Below, in pieces: positions 45,734 to 64,000 of a stretch of 64,000 nt of DNA (its first letter is position 1; every line of letters begins with the position of its first letter). Origin of the DNA: the human T2T-CHM13v2.0 reference genome, Homo sapiens; NCBI RefSeq assembly GCF_009914755.1, contig NC_060947.1; one strand, written 5' to 3'. Under the pieces are notes generated by a model. The model did not search any database, was not told the origin of the DNA, and saw nothing but the letters and a program-made list of their open reading frames with translations. The translations under genes and the position numbers were made by a program.

Positions 45734-46014
45734 AACTGCTGCTTCTTTACCACTTACAGCCCTAGGCATCATTTATTCTTCCCTCATTCTAGATAAGATT
45801 TATTAAGATACCCAATCATAGGATTGCCTCTGCTCATTAGAAGTATCTAATGCAAAGTTTGCCCAAATCCTGTAAGTCCTTTCTAATGCCCTCCTGCTGA
45901 GTTGCTCCGCAGTTTCCCATGGGGTGCATTCTCCCTTAATACAACAAGCAATAAACCCAAATTTCTTCGACTACAGGCGTGCTCCTGGTGATTGTTGGGT
46001 CGTGAGCACTGACA
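45734..46014 (+). mobile_element. Partial ERV1 3' LTR (MER31/MER67-like)
   Basis: gtcctttctaatgccctc...ttcccatggggtgcattctccc...aataaacccaa...ctacaggcgtgctcctggtg...gcactgaca LTR end. Confidence 0.7.
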
Positions 46015-46794
46015 TATTATAAAGATCTGCTTAATTGCCTCCACCCTACCCCATCCCACAGACTGTGACCTTTGTTAGAACAGGGCCTGTGGCTTATTTA
46101 TTTTTTGTCCCCAGTTCCAGTGGTGAATGGATGTATCATGGATGGCTCCATGGACGGATGGATGGATGGATGAATAAGAATAAAAGGGGGAGAAAGGGGA
46201 ACATTGAGAAAATGAGGAGGGAGAGAGGAAAGAAGAGGGGAGGGAGGGAGAGAAGGAGAAGTAACTCAGGTTGTCCTGCTCTATTCCTTGGCCCGTGCAC
46301 ATGCTCACTTATCTTTACACACTGTCTTATTTCCTATGGGATCCATAGTCACCAGATGTCTGTTAAGGTGACATTTTATTTTGAAGGCAGTCTAGACGCC
46401 TATTACTCCAATTTTCTGCCATTGCCCTGTTTTCTTCCTACTCTTCCTCCCTTGTTTGTCTCATCCACGCTCATGGCTTCTCTTACTACTTTTCAGCAGA
46501 AGCCTTCCAAGTCGCTTCCTCCAACGCCAGCCTCTTCCCAAAGTTGTGGTCCTACATGTCTAGTTGTACCACATGGTGGTGCTCAAGAAGAGAGAAACTT
46601 GGATATGTTTTTCTGTTACATGTTCTGGAAGCTCTAACCGCATTCCCTCTTCTGTCTTCTGCATCGTGCTACAGTTCTCTGGTTATATTCTATTTAGGCT
46701 CTCGGTAGCTGTCTTGAGTCAAACTTCAGAGGAGGAAGGGCTTTTCTAAGAGGGTGAGGGAGTCATAATCTGAAAGTAACAACAATAATGATAA

Positions 46795-47163
<369 letters not shown>

Positions 47164-48849
47164 TAAGCTTGATCCTCACAACAATCATAGTAGAAAGGGC
47201 TTATTATCTTTATTTATAAATAAGAAAACAGGCTTAGAAAGGTGAATTCACTTGCCCAAGGTCACACAGCTAGTAAGTGGAAGAAACACCAGGATTCGAA
47301 CTGGAAGCTGAGCTGCTACTGTAGAGCTGGAGCTCTTAACTGCTATGTTGTATTAATCCAGGGAATGAAGACAATGAGGTCTCTGCCCCCAGGTCTATAT
47401 GGTGTTTGGGGTATGACAATAAGAGAATCATCTAGTGAAAAATGCTGTGGGGCAGTGGTGTCTTTAGGTGAACTAGGTAAAAATAAGGAATGATACCTAG
47501 TTCTCTTGTATTGCTACAATTAAGAAAAGGAGCTGGAGTGAACACTGAAAACAAAGTGGGAGGATATAGGGGAGATTTATTTAAAGTATGAAACAAAAAG
47601 CCAGAGTGCATTCAAGAAAAGAGTTGGGCAGAGTCAGACATAGAGAGGAAACAAGAAAATAATAGCCAGAAGTTCCTGCATTTGGGGCAGTATTGAGATT
47701 GACAGAGAAATGAGGCTTGGTGGCATCTGCTGGTCTAAAGATACCAAACAGAGGAGACTCTGATTAAAATTGGTCTGTGCTGGTACACCAATGTTCTGGA
47801 AGGTGCTGGCAGCCTACTGATTAGAGGCAGGTGGAAGTAGCAGTGGCCAATGCTCAGGGTTCAGGAGTAAGTGTCAGTGAAAAATTGTGATAGTGTTCTC
47901 TGCAAAAGAAGCAGACAGTTCCTAGGGCAGTATTTCACAGACACGGAGGCACAAACTCTATCTTGTGTTCCTATTGCCATACTGTTCCTGATATATCTTA
48001 GGAAGGCACCATATACATAGATCATTCTCATTTGGAGGATGTCTGGAATCAAGAACAAGAGCATTTGCCAGAGTGCTCCAGTTAAATGTTTGCAAGAGCC
48101 AATTTGTCATTCCACGAAGGGAACAAGGAAGATGTAACCTCGAGAGGATTAGAAAGGCTTTTTACCTGGTTGGGGAGAAAGTATAGAATACTTACGAGAA
48201 AATAAATCAAATCAGAAGACAGACCTCAGAGGGGAAGTGTCTGGCTGGATGTGGGAAGGGAGAGCAGAATGTGAGCACATTTTCTGGGACATGTGATAGC
48301 TGAGGAGAGGAACTTCTTAGGCATTATAGTCCACTGCAGCATGTGGATACAGAGATGGAAAAGGAAGCTGTTTTTCATTAAATGAGATACATGGAACAAG
48401 AGAAAACAGGCCCTAAACTCCATCCCCAAATGTGTAAGGCCAGTACTGGTGGCCCCAGACAAAGCTGTTACTATCCCTTGGAGGTCTTTGCTTCTTGCAC
48501 AAGAGACCTTGTCAGCACCCTTACTGGCAGGGCAGCAACATTGGCACCAGGCTCCCATATTTGTTCCAAAGAATTGGGTACCACCTCAAAACTGGGAGGC
48601 TAAGGGGCTCTGGGGACAAACAGGATAATGGCAATTTGTGACAACACAATAATTATACATACCTTCTCTTTCCTTCCTCCCATCTGCCACCCCCACTTCC
48701 TTGCCCTTAGCTTAGAGGGAGGGACTTGTTCGTGTATTAGAGGCTGATTGGCTGCTGTGGGGGAGATATGAAATGGCAGGCTTATCATCAGCTTGCATCC
48801 TGATTGTATTTCCGATCATCCTAGCACATGATGATTTACAAGTTAAATT

Positions 48850-49150
48850 CAATCTCTGAAGTCAAACCATCTAGGTTCAAATTTCAGTTTACCACTTACT
48901 ATCTGCGTGTGTCCTTGAGCAAGTTACTTAAACTCTCTGTACCTCAGTTTCCTTATCTGTAAATGAGAATAATAATAACAGCACTCTCTTCATTGGATTA
49001 ATATATTAAATAAACTAGCATGCTTAGCACAGGCCTGCTCATCAACAGCTCGTCCGACAACAGAAGGAACAGAAGGGATTAACCCCAGTCTAACTACAGA
49101 TTATGTTCTGTATAAAAAGTGTTTAATAAAAGTTAGCTAATATGATGATG
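48850..49150 (+). mobile_element. MIR
   Basis: ccttgagcaagttacttaaactctctgtacctcagtttccttatctgtaaatg. Confidence 0.75.
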
Positions 49151-49179
49151 ATCTCGAGAAATAGACACCTGATTCATTG

Positions 49180-52100
49180 CTACTTAAAGCCTCTCATAGT
49201 ACTGATCAACATAAGCATGTAAGAAAACTGCCCCGGATAAGAAAGAGCCATGCAAAAGAATTAGAGGGAACAGTACCTGGTACTTTCACAAGACTAGCAA
49301 TAATGCCTATTCTCAACTATCAGACTGGAAAGTCTCTCAATTCTCTGAGCAATATACAAAGTGCTGAAAAGAGATTTACCTAATTAGTGGAGAGTAATGG
49401 GTCCTAGACTAAACACAGCTTTGGTATCATCTAACAAAGCTTAAAAGCAAGACCCCAAAGTATGAAACTACAAGCGACTTAACTGCATCCCAGAACAAAG
49501 CTCAGGAAAAATTATGAGATTACAAAAATATTCGGCACTCAACAAGCTAAAACTCATCATGTCTTGGCATCCAGTTAAAACCTAGCAAACAAATGAAGAA
49601 CCAAGAAAACATGACAATAACAAGGAGAAAAATCAATCAACTGAAAATGACCCAGAATTGACAAAGATGCTTAAATTAGAAGAGAAGAATATTAAAAGTT
49701 ATAATAACTGTAGTTCATATGCTCAAAGTCAAGTCAAGACATGGAAGATACAGAAAAAATGCAAATCAAACTTCTGGAGATGGGCACTACTATATCTATG
49801 ATGGAAAATGCACTGGATGGGATTAACAGTGTATGAGACATTGCAGGAAAAAAGATTAGTGAACTTAAAGACATGGGAATATAAGCTGTACAAAGAAAAA
49901 AATGTAAGAAAAATGAACAGAGCAACAGAGAACTATAGGACAATGTCACACAGCCAAATATATGTGCAATTGTTGGCCCTGAAAGAGAGAAAATAAAGGA
50001 GGGAGGGACAGAAAAAATATATTTGAATAAATAGCTGCTGAAATCTACCCATAATTGATAAAAACTTTTAGCCCACACATCCAAGAAGCTGAACACACAC
50101 CAGGCACAAGAAACGTAGAGAAAGCTACACTAAGGCACATCACAATAACATTTTACAAAACCAGAGAGGAAGAAAAAAACCTGAAGAGCAGTCAGGAAAG
50201 ATGGAGAGGCCACACGTTGCATACAAAGGGACTGAAATGAGGATGACAGCAGATTTCTCATCAGAAAAAAATGCAAGTGAGAAGACACTGGAGCAACATT
50301 TTTGAAGTACTAAATGAAAAATACTGCTAACCTAGAATGCTATGCCCAGTGAAAATGTCTTTCAAAAATGAAGGCCAAAAAGAAGGAAAGGGGAGCAAAT
50401 TCATGAAGCCAATAGAAAACATAACACAAGATGGTAAATTTAAACCTAACCATATCAATAATTACATTGAATATAAATGGTCCCAACATGCCAATTAAGA
50501 GACAAAAACCACCAGACTGGATAAGAAAGCAAGACTCAACTCTATATTGCCTATAATAAACCCACTTTAAATATAAAGACACAACATAGCTTAAACATAA
50601 AGGTGGGGGCAGTATACCAAGCTAAGACTAATCACAATAAAGACGTAGTTGTTACATTGATATCAGACACAGTAGACTTCAGAACAAAGAATATTACCAT
50701 TGATAAAGAAGACCATGTCGTAATGACAACTCAGTGAATTTATGATGAGTAGATAACAATTCTGTGTTTGTGCACCTAAAAACAGAGCTTCAAGATGCAT
50801 GAAGCAAAAATGAATAGACCTACACAGAGAAATAGCTGCATCAACAATTCTCGACAAAGATTTCAATGCCCCTCAATATATTGCTGGTAAAACAAGCAGA
50901 CAGAAAGTCAATGACAATATAGAAGACTCGAGCATCACTATTACCAACTTGACCTAATTGTCACATGTAGAACCCTCCACCCCACAACAGAAGACTATGC
51001 ATTATTTTCAAGTGTATGTGGAACATTTACCAAGAGAGACTGTATTCCGTGCCATAAAACAAGTCTCAGTACATTTTAGACAATTCCAGTAACACAAAGT
51101 GTGTTCTTCAACCACATACAATAAAATTAAGTTAGAAATCAACGAGAGCGTTATTCAGAAAATCTACAAATATTTGGGAACCAAATAATGTGCTTTCAAT
51201 TACCCTATGAATCAAATAAGAAATCATAATGAAAATTAGAAAGTGTTTTGAACTGACGGAAAAGGAAAAAACAGCATATCAAAAGTTGTGAGATGCCAGT
51301 TAAAAAAAAAAAGGACTTGGGAAATTTCGTAGCAGTAAAAACACCTCTATGAGGAAAAGTCTCAAATCAATGAGCTCAGCAGCCATGTTAATACATGAGA
51401 GAAATGTAAATGGAAACTAGATTGAGATACCACCATTAACACATTACATACACATCTATAATTTAAAAAACTTTTCATGAAGCAAATAAGAAGCATTGGT
51501 AAGGATGTACAGAAGTTGAAATTCTTGCACATTGCTGATGGGAATGTAAAATGGTGCACCTCTGTGGAAAAGCTTCCCGTCCCTCAAAGAGCTCTTTCCA
51601 TAATGTATACAAAGATCAAAACTTCACATTGCACCCCATAAATATACACAGCTATTATATCAATTAGAAATAAATTTTAAAAGAGTTAAACATAGGATGC
51701 CTTATGACCAGGCAATTCCACTCCTATGGAAATACACCCAAAATAATTGAAAATAGAATCTGAGACAGACAGTTTCACACCAATGTCCATTGCAATGTTA
51801 TTCACTATAGCGAAGAGTTGGAAACAACCCAAGGGTCCATCAGCAGATGAATGGACAAATGAAATATGGCATGTGTATGCAATGGAATATTATTCAGTTG
51901 TGGAAAGAAATGAAGTTCTGATATATGCCACAACATGGATGAACCTGGAAAACATTATTCTAAGGGAAATAAGCCAGACACAAAAGGAAAAATACTGTAT
52001 GGTTCCACTTACATGAAATACCAAGTATAGGAAAATTCATAGAGAGATCAAGTAGATTAGAGGTTTTCAGGGGCTAAAGGGAGGAGGGAATGGGGAGTTA

Positions 52101-52208
52101 TTGACCAATGGGTACAGAGTTTCCCTTTAAAGTTTGGAAATAGTGGTGATGGTGTCACAATGTTGCCAATGTAATTAATGCCACTGAATTGGACACTTTA
52201 AAAGGGTT
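49180..52208 (+). mobile_element. Old L1M fragments (ORF1/EN, then an L1MB-like 3' end resuming at 58419-58460)
   Basis: Degenerate ORF1/EN motifs and a C-terminal peptide at 51747-52016. The 3'UTR is split by a younger L1. Confidence 0.75.
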
Positions 52209-58411
<6,203 letters not shown>

Positions 58412-58469
58412 AAGGGTTAAGATTTTAAATTCTATGCTACATATATTTTACTATAATAACATTTTCCAA

Positions 58470-58610
58470 GGCCTGATGCAGTGGCTCATGCCTGTAATTC
58501 CATGTACTTGGGATGCTGAGGCGGGAGGATCACTTGAGGCCAGGAGTTTGAGACCAGCCTGAGAAACATAGCAAAACACTGTCTCTACAGAATTTTTTAG
58601 AAATTAAAAA
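58470..58610 (+). mobile_element. Alu monomer (FLAM/AluJ left arm)
   Basis: Single Alu arm gcagtggctcatgcctgtaat...ggatcacttgaggccaggagtttgagaccagcc. Confidence 0.8.
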
Positions 58611-59537
58611 TTTCCCAAAAGGGAAACAGAGAAAAAAATCCAGGACTACAGGAGGAACAATCTGCGCCCCGCACCTTCCTTACTGCTGTCTTTTAGAACA
58701 TCACAAACTAAATTCAGGAAGGCACTGGGAAACCCTAAGCCACAATTCATAAGTAACACTGGCAGCAATCTTCTTTCAGTACCATCATAACAGCTGCCTC
58801 TGAGGCAGCTGCTACATTTCCCGTCTCCCACCTCTGCTTCTTGGGTTACAACTTTACCCTCACAATCTCTCTTTCCCACTCTACCAGCATACTGAACGTT
58901 TCTCACCAACAACTTCCTTCCAATCCACCCATCCTGGTGAAAATTCTCAGCCTATATTTATGACCCTATCTTACTGACCAATCTATGTCTAGAACAGGAC
59001 TCTCAACACTGTGCTGCTTTAGGTCATACCTCAAGCTTGACGACACTGTTTGAATAGTGAGTCTGAAATATGGGAATTGACTCTGACAAACACACTTAAT
59101 ATTAAGCCTTTAGTTTGCCTTTATTCTGGTTCTGTGTGATCATAGGCAATATACCACTCAGAGCTCAGCATCCTCATTGATAAGACAGGAATAGCATTGT
59201 CTTCCTCAAAGAGTTATTTTTTAGGATTAAATAAGACTAACATGTGGAACATATCTAGTACATAATAGAGTCTAAGTAAACTTTAGTTATCTTCCCCTTC
59301 TTGATAACATGTTATTACCAGAAACTGGGATGCTGGGGTAGGAGTGGCCTTGCATTTCTAGCATTTTGAGGATGACATCAGGCAGACAACCTTACCTTCA
59401 GACATGCTAATATTCATGCCTCTGCCAAACACCAATCCTGGGATGAAGGGAGGATGGATTTGTCTTATTATGGCAACCTTCTGTTCTTCTGCACTAAAGG
59501 CCATTGCTATTTAGAAAAAACATCCTCCAGTGAATAA

Positions 59538-59909
<372 letters not shown>

Positions 59910-60019
59910 TGAGTTTTCATATATCTTGTATATTGAGCTTGCTTAGACTAAGACACAGCTCTACAATAGAGGACCACAATATCAAGGAAGTGGAATTACC
60001 CTTCTTCCAGGCAAAGCGT

Positions 60020-60860
60020 CATTTATTCATAAATGTATCCATTCAACGTTTATTATGTGCCACTATGAGCCATCCCTGGGGATACAGAGTTGGAAAAACC
60101 ATGGTTCCTACCCACAAGGAGCTCACAGCCTAGTGAGGGAGACAGAGAAGTAATTAGACAACTACAATACATTGCACTAGGTGCCGTGATTGAGGGGAAT
60201 TTTAGGAACAGGTTGGTAGGAGGCAACACTTGCGTTGTCTTGAAGTTCATGTATGAGATATAAATCTCACCCCATTGCTATTATTATTTTTTCTAGGATT
60301 GCATATACATACGTAAATTCATAGAAAAACCTCTGGAAGGATCACACCAAACTAGACATTTATAGTCAACAAGTATTTCCTAGATCCCTACCATGTGCCA
60401 GGTGCTCTTCTAGGCACTTGGGACATATCACTGAACACAACAGACCACGATCCCTGCCCTTGTTGATTGGGGCTTATATTTTAGCAGAGGGAGACACACA
60501 GTAAAAAATAAATAAGTAAAATATATATTGTATGTTGTAAGGTGATAGGTGCTATGAAAGAAAAAAGGAAAACTTTAGTAGAGATAGAGAGTACTTGGGG
60601 AAACGTAGTTAGGCTGCAGTATTAAATATAGTGATCATAGTTGACCTCCCTGAGATGGTGGAAGTTGAGTAGAGACTGGAAGTAGGTGAGGAAACTAGCC
60701 AAGTGAATATCTGGGGAAATAGTGTTCCAGGAAGGGACAAGAATTAAAGAAAGACCCTAAAGCAGACATATGGTTGACATGTTGGAGAAACAGCAAGGTC
60801 ATTAATGCTGGAGCCGAGTGAATGAGGGAGAGAACAAGAGGAAGTGAGGTTAGAGAGTTA
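60020..60860 (-). mobile_element. L2 remnants
   Basis: cattcaacgtttatta...; caacaagtatttc...ctaccatgtgccagg...ccctgcccttg motifs. Confidence 0.65.
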
Positions 60861-60869
60861 AAAGTATCC

Positions 60870-63800
60870 TGATGAAGAATGCAATTTCATTTACAATAGC
60901 CATGAAAAACCAAAATACCTAGGAATACATCTAACCAAGGAGGTGAAAAGTCTCTACAAGGAGAGCTAAAAAACACTGATAAGTTACAGACAATGCAAAC
61001 AAATGGAAAAACTGATTGGAGGAATCAATATCATTAAATCGCCACACCACTCAAAGCAATCTACACATTCAACACAATTCCTATAAAGTTACCAATGTCA
61101 TTCTCCACTGAATTAAGAAAAAACCTATTCTACAATGCATTTGGATCCAAAGAAAGAGCCTGAATAGCCAAACCAATTCTGAAAGAATAAAGCTGGAGGC
61201 ATCACATTACTGGACTGCAAACTATACTACAAGGCTACAGTAACCAAAGCAGCATGGTATTGGTACAAAAACGGATATATAGAACAATGGAACAGAATGG
61301 AGAACCCAGAAACAAAGCCACACACTTAGACCCAACTGATCTTTGACAAAGTTGACAAAAATAACCATGGTGAAAGGACACCCTAGTCAATAAATGGTGC
61401 TGGGATAGCTGGCTAGCTACATGCAGAAGAATGAAACTGGATCAATACCTCTCACTATATACAAAAATGAAGTCAAGACGAGTTAAACATTTAAATGTAA
61501 GACCTCAAACTATAAAAATCTTAGAAGAAAACCTAGGAAAATTCTTCTGGACATTGGCCTAGGTAAAGAATTCATGACTAAGACCTCAGAAGCAAATGCA
61601 ACCAAAACAAAAATTGACAAGTGGGACCTGATTAAGCCAAAGATCTTCTGTATAGCAAAAGAAATCATCAACAGAATAAACAGACAACGTACAGAATGGG
61701 AGAAAATATTTGCAAACTGTGCATCCGACAAAGGACAAATATCCTGAATCTATAAGGAAACTAAACAAATCAATGAGAAAAATCAGCCCCATTAGAGTGT
61801 GGGCAAAGGACATGAACAGACACTTCTCAAAAAGGCAAAAAAGTGGCCAAAAAAATATGAAAAAAATTCTTAACATCACTAATCATCAGAGAAATGCAAA
61901 CCAAAACCACAATCAGATGACATCTCACACCAGTCAGAATGGCTGTTATTAAAGACTAAAAATAACAGACGCTGGCAAGGCTGGGGAGAAAAGGGAATTC
62001 TCATAGATTGTTGGTGGGAATTTAAGTTAGTTCAGCCGCTGTGAAAAGCAGTTTGGAGATTCCTCAAAGAACTAAGAATAGAACTACCATTCAACCCAGG
62101 AATCCCATTCCTGGACATAAACCCAAAGCAAAAGAAGAAATCATTATATAAAAAGACACCTACATTTGTATGATCATTGCAGCACTACTGACAATAGCAA
62201 AGTCATGGAATCAAATGAGGTGCCCATCAATAATGGATTAGATAAAGAAAATGTGATACATATACATCATGGAATACTATGTGGCCATAAAAGGAATGAG
62301 ATCATGTCCTTTGCAGCAACAAGAATGCATCCGAAGGCCATTATCCTGTCAATCAATGCAGCAACAGAAAATCAAATACTGCATGTTCTCACTTATAAGT
62401 GGGAGCTAAACAATGGGTACACATGGACATAAAGGTGAATACAATAGACACTGGGGACGCCAGAATAGAATATTCATAAGTAAAAACAAATAAATATTGA
62501 AGTTTGGGATATGATGAAGATGGCATCTTAAAATGGTTGGAGAAAAGGTGAACAATTCAGTAAATAGTTGGGACAACCAGGTAGCCATATGAAAAAAATA
62601 AAGTAGATTCATACTTCACACTGTACACCAGGATAAACCGGAGAGGAATCAATTATTTAAATATAAAACATTACAATAAAAAGCACTGAAAAGAAACATG
62701 GAAGAATTCCTTTCTAACCTTAGAGTTCCAGGGACAGCCCTCCTAACCATGATTCAAGATTCAAATGCCGTAAAAGATGCCCTAGAATTCCATAAAAGAC
62801 CAGCAGTCCAGTAGAAAAATGGGCAAGCCTCAACCATCACTGGTCATTAGAGAAATGCAAATCCAAACCACAATGAGATACCATCTCATGCCAGTTAGAA
62901 TGGCAATCATTAAAAAGTCAGGAAACAACAGATGCTGGAGAGGATGTGGAGAAATAGGAACGCTTTTACACTGTTTGCAATGACACACATAGGCTCAAAA
63001 TAAAGGGATAGAGAAAGCTCTACCAAGCAAATGGAAAACAGAAAAAAGCAAGGATTGCAATCCTAGTTTCAGACAAAAAAGACTTTAAAGCGACAAAGAT
63101 AAAAAAAGACTAGGAAGGGCATTACATAATGATAAAGAGTTCAATTCAACACGAAGATCTGACTATGATAAACATATTTGCGCCCAACACAGGAACACCC
63201 ACATTAACAAAGCAAGTTCTTAGAGACCTTCAAAGAGACTTAGACTCCCACATAATAATAGCGGGAGACTTTACCACCCCGCTGACAATATTAGACAAAT
63301 CATCGAGACAGAAAATTAACAAAGATATTTAGGACCTCAACTCAGTGGTGAATAAAATGGACCTCATAGACATATACTGAACTCTCCACCCCAAAACAAC
63401 AGAATGTACATTCTTCTCATTGCCATATGGCACATACTCTAAAACTGATCACATAATCAGAAGTAAAACACTCCTCAGCAAATGCAGAAGAACTGAAATC
63501 AAAATAAACAATCTCTTGGACCACAGCACAATCAAATTAGAAAACAAGACTAAGAAATTCACTCTAAATAGCACGATTAAATGGAAGTTGAATAATTTGC
63601 TCCTGAATGACTTTTGGGTAAATAATAAAATAAAGGCAAACAGCAAAAAGTTTTTTGAAACTAATGAGAAGAAAAGATACAACATATCAGAATCTTTGGG
63701 ACACAGCTATGGCAGTGTTAAGAGGGAAATTTATAGCACTAAACACCCCCATCAAAAAATTAGAAAGATCTCAATTTAACAACCTAACGTCACTACTAAA

Positions 63801-64000
63801 AGGACTAGAGAACCAAAAGCAAACCAATCCCAAAGGTAGCAGAACACAACAAATAACCAAAATCAGAACTGAATCAAAGGAGACTGAGACCCAAAAAGCC
63901 ATAAAAAGATTAACAAATCCAGGAGTTGTTTATTTTTAAATTAATAAAATAGGCCACTAGCTAGACTAATAAAGGAGAAAAGAGGAAAGATTCAAATATA
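60870..64000 (+). mobile_element. Patchwork of L1 fragments (ORF2 3' end to ~62460, short pieces, EN region 62978-64000)
   Basis: L1 ORF2 peptides in the ORF track (63129-63939 EN region; 61510-62432 C-terminus). Confidence 0.85.

Noticed and set aside
46035-46637. 200-aa ORF
   Set aside because: TTG start, spans an L2 end and purine-rich low-complexity DNA, with no recognisable homology.

Overview
This is primate, human-like X-chromosome-type genomic DNA, not a prokaryotic locus. The first ~16 kb holds the genes. It contains a complete three-exon microprotein gene recognised as FAM236A/B (+ strand, 79 aa, CDS 9773-10343) and the last exon of a diverged FAM236-like paralog at the window start. 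A disrupted MAGE-family pseudogene (- strand, ~13960-15145) runs out of a CpG island carrying a ~44-unit (GAG/CCT)n repeat; from memory this is the FAM226/DMRTC1 5' region of the Xq13 palindrome. The remaining ~48 kb is almost all transposon-derived. It includes a near-intact BC200 retrocopy, ERVL remnants, and a MER31-like ERV1 provirus (gag/integrase/env/3' LTR) split by deeply nested Alu and L1 insertions. One nested L1 carries a ~1.8 kb 3' transduction, and two full-length L1PA copies share apparent inactivating mutations. Most ORFs in the supplied track are spurious or L1/Alu-derived. Repeat subfamily names and gene identities come from recalled sequence, not a database search. I see no wholly new biological system; the best leads are listed as findings.
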